DNA of 63,926 nucleotides, the filler included, from Intoshia linei (Eukaryota; Animalia; Orthonectida), in NCBI GenBank assembly GCA_001642005.1. It is 5 parts of 5 records of this genome, joined end to end, with 100 filler letters (N's around TTAATTAATTAA, not from the genome) between each part and the next. Parts side by side here need not be neighbours in the genome. Positions count along the whole stretch, not along the records: positions 30,849 to 60,969 come from LWCA01000379.1; 4 more parts are not named here. One strand, 5' to 3'. Positions 38,601 to 50,900 of the stretch are shown here, one piece after another. Both the position numbers and the translations under genes were made by a program. The number at the start of each line of letters is the position of its first letter. The first letter of the stretch is position 1. The notes under the pieces were generated by a model. It worked only from the letters and a program-made list of their open reading frames with translations. It was not told where the DNA came from and searched no databases.

Positions 38601-41600
38601 TCGATCAGTGATGCTAAGATTATTCAAAAAATAATACATATTAACGTCGTCGGTTACGAAGTAAAATTGGCAAGTTTTTTCTTCGTTATTATAATTTTAT
38701 CCTGGAAATTTTTTAAAATGGTTTTATTATATATTTTAGCATATCATTCTATTCATATAGATCAATGACCACCAAACTACGACAAATAATTGAATTTAAA
38801 TGAATATCCGACACGCGAATTACTAATCTATTACAAAATACACCGATATATCCTAAAAATTATCATATATCATCGACTTAGATTTTAAATATATACTATC
38901 GACTTGTCATTTCTAGATCATGAGAAACTTATTAATTTATTAACTTAAACTTTAAATCGTAATTTAAAATACTCTCATGTATATTTTCCATTTAACCCGC
39001 GAATATTTTTTAGTAACTCCTGCCCCCATGTCAAAAAGTTTGGTGGCCACTGATATAGATGTCACATGGTATTAATATGGGTTTATCGATAAAAAAAGTT
39101 TCATTTTTCGTACCAGTGTAATGATAAATTATTCAATTTGGAATAATTCCGGGAATTCCCAAAAAAAATTGAGACATACCTGTATTTGATTTATGTTTGT
39201 TATTACTATGAAAATATGATTATATTATAATATTTAAAATTTACCATTTCAAAAATCCCACCACTAATAAATTTAATGAAAAATACCATTTCAAGCCCTC
39301 ATGGAAAAATTGTCTTAAACCGATATTCTTTTCAAAAATCCGATTTTACGAAATCTTATAAAAAAAATCCACTTCATCAAACCACAAATAAAACAAAAAA
39401 AAATATAAAAATTATTAGTAAAGCCCTTAATGGAAAAATTTCCTTTTTCCAATATTTTTTTTAAAAACCTCTTATTCCAACCACAAATTACTGACGCTTA
39501 AGCGAATTATCCTCTTTTCCAATATTATTTTGAAAAATATTAGGAGTTATTACGAACTGGAACGCTATCATCAAGATTATTAAAATTAAAGGAAGCCCTT
39601 GTGACCGTTCAACCTACGTCAACATAAAATAAAAGAAATTTCTCTACTGCTTCTAATGTCGTTACAAAACGTAGAACGCGTTTAAAAAACGAATCTATCA
39701 ATATTATGTGTTTTGAAAAACTTTTTCAACAATATAAAATAAATAATTTTTTTTCTAATTAAATTTAAAAATACACCCTTTTAACTGGTCATGTATATTA
39801 ACAATGTGTTTATTAAACCCATTGTTACGATTGACTCTTCTAATTCGTCTAATCAAGAGGGCTTCATAGAAAAAAGCATAGTGTCTTTGTAGCCCTATAC
39901 TGTGTCTACTCTGAAAAATTTCTCACGCCAAGTCTCTGTGGCGGTATACATGTATTCCTCTTGAAATTGATGATTTAATAATTCATACAAAATAATTTAA
40001 ATAACCTCCGGCCGCCGCTAAAACAACACGAGGGGCTTTGTAATGTGTTCCAATTATATCTAACAAATCCTTTTTGGTGATTGACCTAATGTAAATGAAT
40101 ATATACTGTAAAGCTTCAATTTAACCAAAACATTTTAAATGTACTTTATATAATTAATTTTCGCAAAAAGCAAAAAAAAACACCGTTACTTAATTTAAAA
40201 TTTAAATAAACATGAAAAATAGTTAATTAAAAAAATTGTTGGTTTATACATTGTCAATTAAAACTCGAATATATTCAATAAATATGGTCATATTTTGTAT
40301 ACTTAATATTTTTTGTTGGTCCAAGAATCGTATATCCCAAAGAAGTTCCTTGAAATGCTGTAGCGTGAAGTTGATCAAATAAAACTTCTTGAGCGTTCAT
40401 ATCAATTTCCTACAAGTCAAATAAGATTAAATAAAAATCAAAACATACCTCAACCTCTCTTAAAATAACCCCTCTTTCTCGTTCAATCTCATTATGTCCT
40501 AATACACTATTTGTAACAATATCTGTTAAAATTTCGAGAGCTAAATATATTATTAAAAAGAGTACAAGATAGGAATAGAATATTTACAGATCAGTAGTTC
40601 ATTTTATATTTATTTCTATGTTGGTAAAATTTACCCGAAATGCTTTTAAAGTGCAGAGTCCGTTAATTATTGATAAAAATTATTGTTTATTTTGTAAAAT
40701 ATACTGAATATTAGGGTGTTGCTTTTTAATTAAAATAACCATTTAATTTTTCATTTTAAGCTACAAAAATTTTTTATATCCATAAAATACATTTACCCCC
40801 TGAAATGTAATTATTGAAATTCATACGAAAATGTTAAGATAAATATAACTTTATATTATGTATAATAAGCTTTGGTTCAGTTTCTATGTTGTAAGTCATT
40901 TAATGAGTTTACAGTGTTTTATGAACCATTTTATTGTTTTTGAAATGAAATTATAGTTTATTTATTTTGGTTTTTAGTGATGTTTGAAATCCTCATAATT
41001 AACCCCAAAAAATGTAGATAAAGTTTAATTGAATATTTTAAATGTTCCTGATCTATAAATAGGTTTTATCACAAAATAGATAAACTAGTCAAATTGATGA
41101 ATAAAACCTTTTGGTATATCTTTTGAAAAACATTTGGCATAATAAACAGTTTGTTCTCTAAAAAAATAAAAAGAATAAAAAAAATTTCAATTTTAAACCT
41201 GCTAGTATATGCATTCAATTGAGCACCCATATTTTCAACTTCAAGTTCCAATTGTTCGGATGTTCGATTTGTTGTACCCTACACATTTTGTAATGAATTA
41301 AATCGTTGGATTAAAATTAAAACGATGACAAGATAAAGTTAAGCGATTGACACATGTTGATCCGAGAAATGTAAAAATTTGCAAATATTTCATATAGTTA
41401 TGCACATTTTTTGTATTTTGATGGTTATATTAATTAGTGGGTTAATTAGAATATTTAAAAAAAAGAGACCCACAAATCTTGTAGTTAAAACGTACGACAA
41501 TACGATAATTTTAGAAGCACTGTACTGTTATAATAAATTATTTTACATTTAAATTTTAAAAACATAAATTACTTTGAAAGCCATGTGTTCCAGAAAATGA

Positions 41601-41915
41601 CAAGTTCCATTATTCTCAGAATTTTCAAATCTACTCCCGACGTCAATATATAGTCCAATCTACCATTAAATTGAGTTACATTTTAAATGTAATACCGTTG
41701 AAGTCGGCAAGCCATAGTCTTCGGAAGCAACTCTAAGTCCGTTTTCTAATTTTGATACTTTGGTTTCTGGGTAGTTTATTGTAACTGTTTTTTTTGGTTG
41801 GGTAGTTAGACATCGGGAAACTGAATTCGATAGGTTGTTATACTAAAATAGTGGTTAGAACTAGTTTTAAGCAAATTATATGCACCTTTAACTTTGAACA
41901 AAATGTCCTCAACAT
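35653..41915 (-). CDS. PMPCB: Mitochondrial processing peptidase beta subunit (M16B family; beta-MPP/core 1)
   Basis: Presequence [10 protein letters not shown]; [18 protein letters not shown]; intact HxxEH motif in [12 protein letters not shown]|GT; [16 protein letters not shown]|REQTVYYAK; [14 protein letters not shown]; [13 protein letters not shown]; [13 protein letters not shown]; [14 protein letters not shown]; [14 protein letters not shown]; [14 protein letters not shown]. Confidence 0.95.
37738..38179. mobile_element. hAT MITE in a PMPCB intron
   Basis: CAGTGGTTTCCAAA and TTTGGGAACCACTC, TSD ATTTAATG/AGTTAATG. Confidence 0.75.
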
Positions 41916-42937
41916 TGTAGTAATTTGTAATCAACTTTATTGTTAAAGTTTATTTTTACAGGTTTCAAGTTTTTTAAGAAACGCAATTGAATAGTGAATA
42001 CAATTGATAATCTTGGATTGCACAAAGTGTTGGCACTGGAAATTCAAATATTCATAAATTTTTTTAACTATATGGTCAACATTTCTGCCAGGTCAATTGA
42101 TGACACTTTGTTTTATTTAATATCTTCAGGACGGTACATAAAAATGGAGGATTTTAAAAACTATCCAAGAGTTTATGTTTAAAAAAATTTTAGGACATAT
42201 TTCATTTTTAAAATAAAGTGTAATTTAGGGTTTTGACCATGAAGGTATGCGTTTCTAAGGCTGAGATTATTGTGTTTTTGACCCTAAAAGACTCAAATTT
42301 TGAAACATAAAAATAGATACAAACACGTCCTGGGATGAACTGTATTAGAAATTGGGTTTTATTAAATCCTGCGACTGTCAATTTTTTCAATAAATGGTTA
42401 CACACACTAACACATATAGACATCCATTTTTATATAAGTAAAGGATTTGAGATAAATTTGACCAATATTATATTAATTATCAATAATTTAAAATAATGCT
42501 TTAAAAATAAATGTTTGTATTTATGATTTATCTATATATATAAAAATGACAATAACAACGTTGTATTACTTTTAGTACTTCGTTTTTTTAGTTTTAATTT
42601 AAATTTTAAACAAAATGTTTTGAAAATGAGAATAAAAAATTGCGTAGTAATGAAAAAAATTTCGAAGGAATGAATTATATAGGTTTTCACTCATATATAC
42701 TAATACATATAGATTCTATAAATATATTATAGAAGATTGTATATATACAATTTTAGTTAATCTTTATTTTAAAAACAATATTGTTTCACAGTTCCATAGA
42801 CATTAAATCGAAATTTGAAATATCTAAATTTATTATATTACAATAAGTTTCTTGTATACTAATGTTACACTAATACTACTACTCACATTGTAGTAGGTCG
42901 TACTTTTTAGGGAACAACTATTATACTGTAATGATTC

Positions 42938-45900
42938 TTAAAATTTACTCTTGGTCTCTGCAATTTTCTCTATAAACGTATCTATTGAAGGTATTATACA
43001 GTTGGCATATTTTTTAGCATTTAAGTAATACTTTGAAAGTTTAAACTCTTCTTTTGATAATATGAATTTATTATTATAGGTCTAATAAAATATAAAAATT
43101 AATAAAAATAGTATTTTCGAGTATTCATTATTATGTCCGTGAAATACTACATATATAATAATATTAATATAATTAATATTATAATATAGGCAACTAATTG
43201 CAACTTTTTCTGTTTTTTTTTTCAACTTTTCAAAAAAATTAAAAATCATGTACTGAGTATATTGTACCCCCTCACAAAAAAACTTATTAAATATCATTAC
43301 TAACTATTTTAAACAATGCAGAATACTGATTAGGCATTTTTCATAGTATTAATTAATTGTTTAACTGTTAAATTTTAACATAACATAATTATGTCTCTTT
43401 ATTTGTATTTAGAGGTTATTAATAAATAAATTTTTATATACAAAAAGAATTTTCAACTGCGGTTAGACGTCTAATTATTTGAAGATACCAATTAACTCGT
43501 GTTTATTTGACTCAGTGTGGTCCAAACACATGGCGAGCAATAATTTTACAAATTTACATTTACAAAAATTTCATCGAGCCCACCACCCCTACCCAAAAGT
43601 TGCATCTCTGGTTTGTTAGGTTCGGCACTGGCCCTAATCATAATATATGATCCATAAATAAGTTAGAGTTGCCAAATTGGCCGATATGGACCATGTCCTG
43701 ACTCTATCAAAAAACTGGGATCCATTATTGATATTTATTAAATATTATTGAATCCACTATAGAAAAAACTGGCCGATAGTTTTGATTTTGAATTGAAAAA
43801 TTTTAATTCTGTTGACATTATCTTGGAATTGTTCAATAATACACAATGATTATGATTAATGAACATAATATACACAAATATTGATCCCATCGTATATTGC
43901 TTAGGCTAGCGGTGGTCAAACTTTTCAGGTACCCCTGTACAAGTAAAAAAATTAGAGCCACACATTGAAAAAAATTTTATAGAAAAATTTTAAAAGTATC
44001 TCGAACTTTGTCGAACAATTATAGGCGTCCTCACGGATATAATTTTATAATTATTTTTAATCTTTTTTTAAAGTTTTTATAAATTATACATTAAAATGAG
44101 TATCATTAAATATGAAACAATTTTGCCAATTTTGAATATTTGAGACACTAACAATGTCAGATTCTAATGAGTCACCAAAATATATTGCCTAAATTTACAT
44201 GTTAATATAATAAAATAATTACAAATTTAAATTAATATTTGATATACAACGGGACCTACTAGGGACAGATTAAGCGGAACTCATTTTGGAAAGGTGGTCC
44301 GCTTTATAGCAACTGTTCTATGATGTTTTTAGGTTTTTTATCCATATAAACATAGATATCTATACAATTGAATCTTTAACAATATATTTACATGGTAACG
44401 CTTTACATTTTATTTAGATTTTCAGTGCATATGGGCCGCTTTTTTTGGTCGAAAGTCTAGTTTTTGCCTGGATACAATTAATTTTATATTAAAGAACTGA
44501 CAATAATGAAAATGTATATATTTTTTAAAAGGTGGTCCCTTTTTTTATAACTGGTACATGGTCCGCTTAATTTGTCGCCACTGTATTGTCAATTAACAAA
44601 TTAATACATTACTCTGTTATTTTTGTTAATGCCCATCATTTCATTCAAATAATTTATACTTCCTTTAAATACTAATTTTGAAGATTGATTTGATTTCACA
44701 ACTAAAATATTTATCAATATATGAATCTTTACTTATATAATATGCTTTGTTTGTCAGTGTGTGTTATCGTTTATTTCAATAACTATCAGTCTTAGAATTT
44801 TATAAAGTCCACATTATATTACAGTTTTTGCCGGAGTGAAAGTAAAATAAATTTTAACCTCCTAAACTCACATCTTACTAATCAAAAAGCCCAATTGTCC
44901 TTTTTTTGAAAATCAAATGAGTTGGAGAATTTAAAAAAATATACACTCTGATACTGATTTTAAAATCATCAATATTATCATAAATTTAAATTTAAAAAAT
45001 ATATCTTCACGATAAAAACCACAAATTACTCTTTTTTTTAATTAAAACAGCCCTAGAATTTAAAAAAATTTACAGGTGGTACAGTTGTATTCTGTTAACA
45101 CACACAAACGGTAGACGAGTGAGTGAGTGAGTGACTGTCTTATGTAAGTCTTCACGGTCAAAGAATCATTTTAGTATTCATATTTTTTTTTTAAATTATT
45201 TTATTAAAACAAAAAATGTGAAATAATTAACGGTCCGAAAATTGAAAAAAAGAGAAGATTAATGTGATAGAGCTTATGCCAGTTAATATAAATACAAAAT
45301 TTGAACCCCAAAAATCTACATATTCCCAATAAAAAATAATTTTTAATATATTTTCAACCATTATTTATAAAATATTTCAATTAAAATAAAAATTGAAAAT
45401 GTAAATATTGATCCTACAATTTCAAAATAAAGGGCATTGAACGTCTACAAATTTCCAATAAAGAAATATGGGTGAAAATCTGTATAATTCATTTCTTCGG
45501 ATTTTTTTCATTGCTACGCAATTTTTAAATATCAAATTATCATTTACAAAACATTTTGTTTAAATTTTAAATTAAAACTACAATAACAAATTACTAAAAG
45601 TAATACAACTTTGAACGTGTGTGTTTCTGGGGCTGAGTTATACGATAATGTTAATGATTTTAAAACGAGTACCAGAATTTATGTTTTATTAAATTTTTAA
45701 GCTGATTTTATTATTAAACAAAAGGGGAAATTGAGTTTTTGACTTCTGAAGGACTAAAATTATTCATGAGCTAGGTGTTGTTTGTATGTAGTACATACCC
45801 ATCAACCTAGTATTATTATATTCATTGAATATATAAAGACTTTTATATCAATTTTGCCTATATGTTTCGATACAATTTTAAAAATTGTATATCTGTAACA

Positions 45901-47801
45901 TCTGTAATCAAAAGTAAAAACATACAAAAAAATCCCTTTCACCAACTAAAGACAGTGCTAGAAGATCCTCGAAATGGTCGCTAAAAATTCAAAAATAAAG
46001 CCATGTACGCTATCAATTTAGCTGGGTTCCTAAAAACCTTTTTGGTACATAGACTCCATTATTTTATTAACAAAAATAAATTAATTCGAGCAGTGGTTCT
46101 TAACCTTTTTAAACGTATGGCTCCAAAAATTGATTATGCACCTCTGGATAAATACCACTGGATTAGAGCAATCAATACACAAATAATCAAAAAACAGAAA
46201 TAATTACATCTATGATCAATCTTTGTATCTTTAGGCACACTAAAAAATTTTCTTTTATAACATTGTATTACCACTATATCAAATAACTTTTCCCATACTT
46301 GTCTTTCACTAAAGTATACATTTCAATAATTTATTACAGTTTAGTAATAATTCAACAAATCAACATAGGAATGGGTGTTATTACTAATACTATTTGTTAG
46401 AATATTAGTAACATTACCCAAAAATATAATCTAACGCAGCAACACACCAATCTTCATAAGCGGCTGTGATTATACTTAGAGAGCAACCCAATTTTTTTAA
46501 TTTTTTTAGTGTTTCAATAGTTTTGTTCTTGCATTTTTTCAATATTTTGAAAACATTTTTGGTGGAATATTTTAAGTAGGATTCTAAAGTAATCATATCA
46601 ATTTTAAATTGAACAAAATAATCGAAATTGTGTTTACGAGTTACGCATTGTGGTTATTGATTCAACCGGTCCAAATTAAGAGTAGAAATTATTAGAATAA
46701 TGTATATATTAATAATCAATATCTAATAATGATTATTTATATATATAATAATAATAATATTCATGTTAAAATTAATTTTTACATAACACATTGTATACAT
46801 TATAATGAGTCTAATAATATCTTAAAATTTTTGTTGCGTCTTATTGTTTGTAGAAGGTCAATAACTATTTTCTTAAATTTGCATTTTTTTAGATAATTTA
46901 CATAAAAATGCTGAAAATAACTACAGTACATGTAACTTTAAAATTACCTCTATAGACACTGTTCATCATTGATAAAAAATGGCTTTTTAATAGATGGCCA
47001 TTAGGAACTTCTCCCTAAATAAAAAATTAAGTACAATTTGAAGAATGTTTTGATGTATTTATTGTTTGAATCAGACATGAAGTCGTTGAATAAACTTGAT
47101 AGATACGAAACGCTGTAGTGTACCTTATCAATATAAGTTTGCGTCATTAATGCAAATACAGGTACCAATACTATTTCAAAAGGTGAGTGAATGTATTCCC
47201 AATCTAAAATATGAAAGTAATGTTAAAATTAATAGCGTTAATTACATTGAAAGTGTCAAAAACGTGCATATTTGATAATGATAATTATAACGGTATTTAT
47301 CGTTAGAGGACAATTATAATTAAAGTAACTTATTAAAGAATGAAAATTTACCGGTCTGATTTTCTTCGGTAATTTGATAATTTTTATTTTTTTTTAGTCC
47401 ACAATACCTAATTCAATTTTATTTTAAAAACAAAATAGACAAAATTACGATTGGATTACACCACTTTCTCCAATTTGTAATATATGAGCATCTGAATAAG
47501 AAAAAACCAAACCGTATGAACTAAATGTAAATATCATTTACATTTTAATCATTTTCCACAATTTGGATTCAACTAAAATTACTGAAATGTTTTTCTTTCC
47601 TCTTTTGATAGATTTTGCATATCGTTATAACGATAAGGGTCCAACTTTTTCAACACTTGTATTGCGAACATTACAATGTTCTAATTTTAAAATGATATAC
47701 CATGTTAATATCATTATTACGTCTTCTAATTCATCGTATATGAATTCGGCCAAGGTGTAGTCTAGATCGAAAGAAAAGTGTTTTATTTTTTCGTACAACA
47801 T
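42938..47801 (-). CDS. NT5DC1: 5'-nucleotidase domain protein (HAD superfamily, cN-II/NT5DC1-like)
   Basis: Motif I FSFDLDYTLAEF (exon 1); YGLVFSYSDAHILQIGESGVI; motif II LKKLGCSLSIITAAYEDWCVAALDYIFG; WEKLFDIVVIQCYKRKFF; VFKGSINYL (~44612-44702); motif IV AIYFGDSLESDI (~44090-44189); last exon KKYANCIIPSIDTF...SKF* (42938-43081). Confidence 0.85.
44726..45810 (+). mobile_element. Helitron-like family copy in an NT5DC intron
   Basis: 5' end A|TCTTTACTTATATAAT, 3' end TTGTATGTAGTACATACCCATCAACCTAG|T, with the shared internal units. Confidence 0.7.
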
Positions 47802-47989
47802 TAAATTAATTTAATTTTAACTTTGAAATTTTGTTTAAACAGTCATTTTGTATTTATTTAATGTTTTATATAACGGATTATTAGTATTTGAAAACCTTCC
47901 AAATAATTAATTTTACTTTACTAGATTATACGTTGGATAAATTAATAAATACAATACTTTATCAGTATATCAAAAATTATACTGATGAT

Positions 47990-50900
47990 TATAATTTTAT
48001 TTGTATATAGAGTATAATCCTCTTATTGTGATCATTAATCTGGCCATTATTAACGGTATTATTAACAGTCTTCTTGGGTGCTGGAAAAGTTAGATGCAAT
48101 TATAATTGTAATAATTTAAACTAGCAGTAGAAATAAGAAAATTAGCAGTAGATTTAAAAAATTGCCAGTAACATTTAGCACAAATTGACAGTAATATTGC
48201 TGATTTTTACTTTTTCTAAAAATTAACGGTAATAATTATGTTAATGGAGTATACGTCAATTTGTACAGTTTTTTTTGTAATTTTTTACATAAATTTTTTT
48301 TAACCTAACCTTTTTTTAACCAAACCAAGGTTTTGAAGATTTTTTTTATTATAGTTGTTTACAATAATGATTATTATTCATTTCTAATTAGACCATATTA
48401 AAAGAAAACAAAATGAATAGCAATAATGATATTTTTGAGGCTATTGCGTATAATCACCAATTTAATTTTAAATCTATACTAAATTTTTATAAAAATAATT
48501 TTTTTAAATTGACGCTGCTATGAGTGTTTCGCACCCCTAAAAGGTACTTTTAGTAATTTATAGGATTGATATATTTTAAGGCGTATATAATTAATGTGGC
48601 TTGGAAAAGGTTAATTGACTATTTATTTTCGTAAATCATTTAATATCGTATAATTTAGATAAGGCTTCTTAAACTAGGGGTCGCAAGAAAATTTATTAAC
48701 ATTATTGTTTTTTTAAACCTGAAGTAAAAAATTTAAATGTATCTATAAATAAATTTTAATTTAAATTTTCATAAATTATCACTCATTTGAATATCCCGTT
48801 TGTCATTTACAAAATTTAAATGATTACTCTATTACGTTATCTATAAAAACGTTAATATATCAATGAAAACATTGGCTAATAAAACAAACAACCGAAAAAG
48901 CATTTTATCAATTCAAAATAATGAAAATCAATATCTGTGTGTAGTATGCAATGAAATTTTAGCAAACAAAAGTATGAAGCCCTCAAGACTAAAAAGACTT
49001 TTCACCGATAGTAAATGGCTTACTCGTTTTGGTAATATAATACGATGATAATAAAAAATTTTCTTGTTGGTACACCTGTGTTTCAAACGACGATTTTTGC
49101 TTTTTAAATGATTCTAATTTTCTTTCAAAAAATTCAATAGGTTTATCAGCGTACATAGCATGTTTTAAAATTCTATTTAAACAGAAATCATTAGATATTT
49201 TTTGGCTTTTAATGGAGAAAGAATTTCCATCTCTATCAAAAATAGCTATAACGATTCTTTTTCCGTTTTTTACCACTTAAGTATGTGAATCAGCCTTTTC
49301 AAATATGCCGCAATAAAGACAAAATATCGTTCTCTTCTTAAGGATATAGAAATGGTTCTAAAATCAACAGTCACAAACCTTAAGCCTAAATTTAATTTAT
49401 TATGTAATAAGCAACAAATTACGTACATATGTATCATTAAAATCTATATAATTATTTTTATTTTATTGANACTGGGGGTGAATGCTGAAAAAAGTTTGAG
49501 AAGCACTAATTTAAATTATATAAACATTAGATTCTAATTAAACAAAAATATTAAGGTGAAGTAAGATGGGAGTTGTACCTATGTAAATTTGTAGAATTAA
49601 AAAATGTGGAGTTTAGTTAATTAACATTTAAAAATACATACCTTTAACAAACTGATGTATGAAAAGAATTGGTTGAGTGTCCTTGTCGTTGTCATACATT
49701 GTGGACTCTATAGGAAAATTTTCGAAATTTCGAAAGCATTTACTTTTTCTAATTTTATTATTGTAACTACTAAAATAAACTAAATTTAACACAAAAAAAA
49801 TAATAAACCCATGTGATTCATATGGACAAAGTAATTTATCAATTGAGTATTGGTGAACAAATGTATAGTTTGTCATTAAATGAGCCTATTAGAAATTATT
49901 ATACAGACCAACTCGGCAAAAGTATATAACATATAATATACACTATAACAACCGTATCAAACTAGCGATCCGGGGTCGCATGCAGCCCTTTTCAAAATAA
50001 AGTACGGCCCGCTGCGACTTCGTACATGTATAAAATGAATTGTTTATCATCATTTGCAAACCTAAACTGCGAGAAGACCATATTTAATGATATCAATTGT
50101 ACGATTAAAATCATGCTTATTAATTAATAATAATTAAAAATTAATTCTAAATTTGTAAAAATATGTGCAAGTCATATCAAACTAAACTTCTAATTTTATC
50201 ATTCCAACATTAATTTGAAAAAATCAATATTGTGCAATGGATATAAATCCAATAAAACAATGGCCGCTCAAACTACTAACATATTCGATTTCGATTATCT
50301 GTTTGACCTCACTTTCAATACACACTTTGTATTTGACAATGATCTCGACTCATAGTATAATGGTTTCAAAAGATGATGATACAAAATTTTATGATGCGGT
50401 CCACCTATAAATTTTAAAAATAATGCGGCCCGTCACGTATTTGAGTTTGACATGGCTACTCCATAATTATTATATATAGTCAGACCTCTCAATACCGCCA
50501 TAAATATCGAAAACCCAAAACGGCGGTATTAAGAGGTCTGACTGTATTTGTTTTTGCACGTTGCAAAAACGGTTTTGCAATTTGTTTTCTAAAAGGGTGT
50601 GCTCTGTATTTTTCTCTTTTATACCTTGATCCCGTTAAAATTATATTCCCTATAAAAATAAAATAAATATCCACGTATTTTTCTAGAAATTAAGCCTCTT
50701 ATTTGAATCAGTAGATATAAAATTATTAATTTTATTTATTCCTCTATATTTGCTGGTTTTTAATTTTTAAATGTTTTACTAGGCGGTTTAAATGGTTTTA
50801 AAACATTTTTTCTGAATTTTGCATCATGCATTTATCATCCACATACCAAACTGCAAAATTTCATATCATTAATTATATTAACATACTCGCCATTTATAGT

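Noticed and set aside
48120-48215. ~20-bp degenerate tandem (AAATTAGCAGTAG) and the GAGT microsatellite at ~45117
   Set aside because: Ordinary low-complexity repeats with no spacer structure or evident function.
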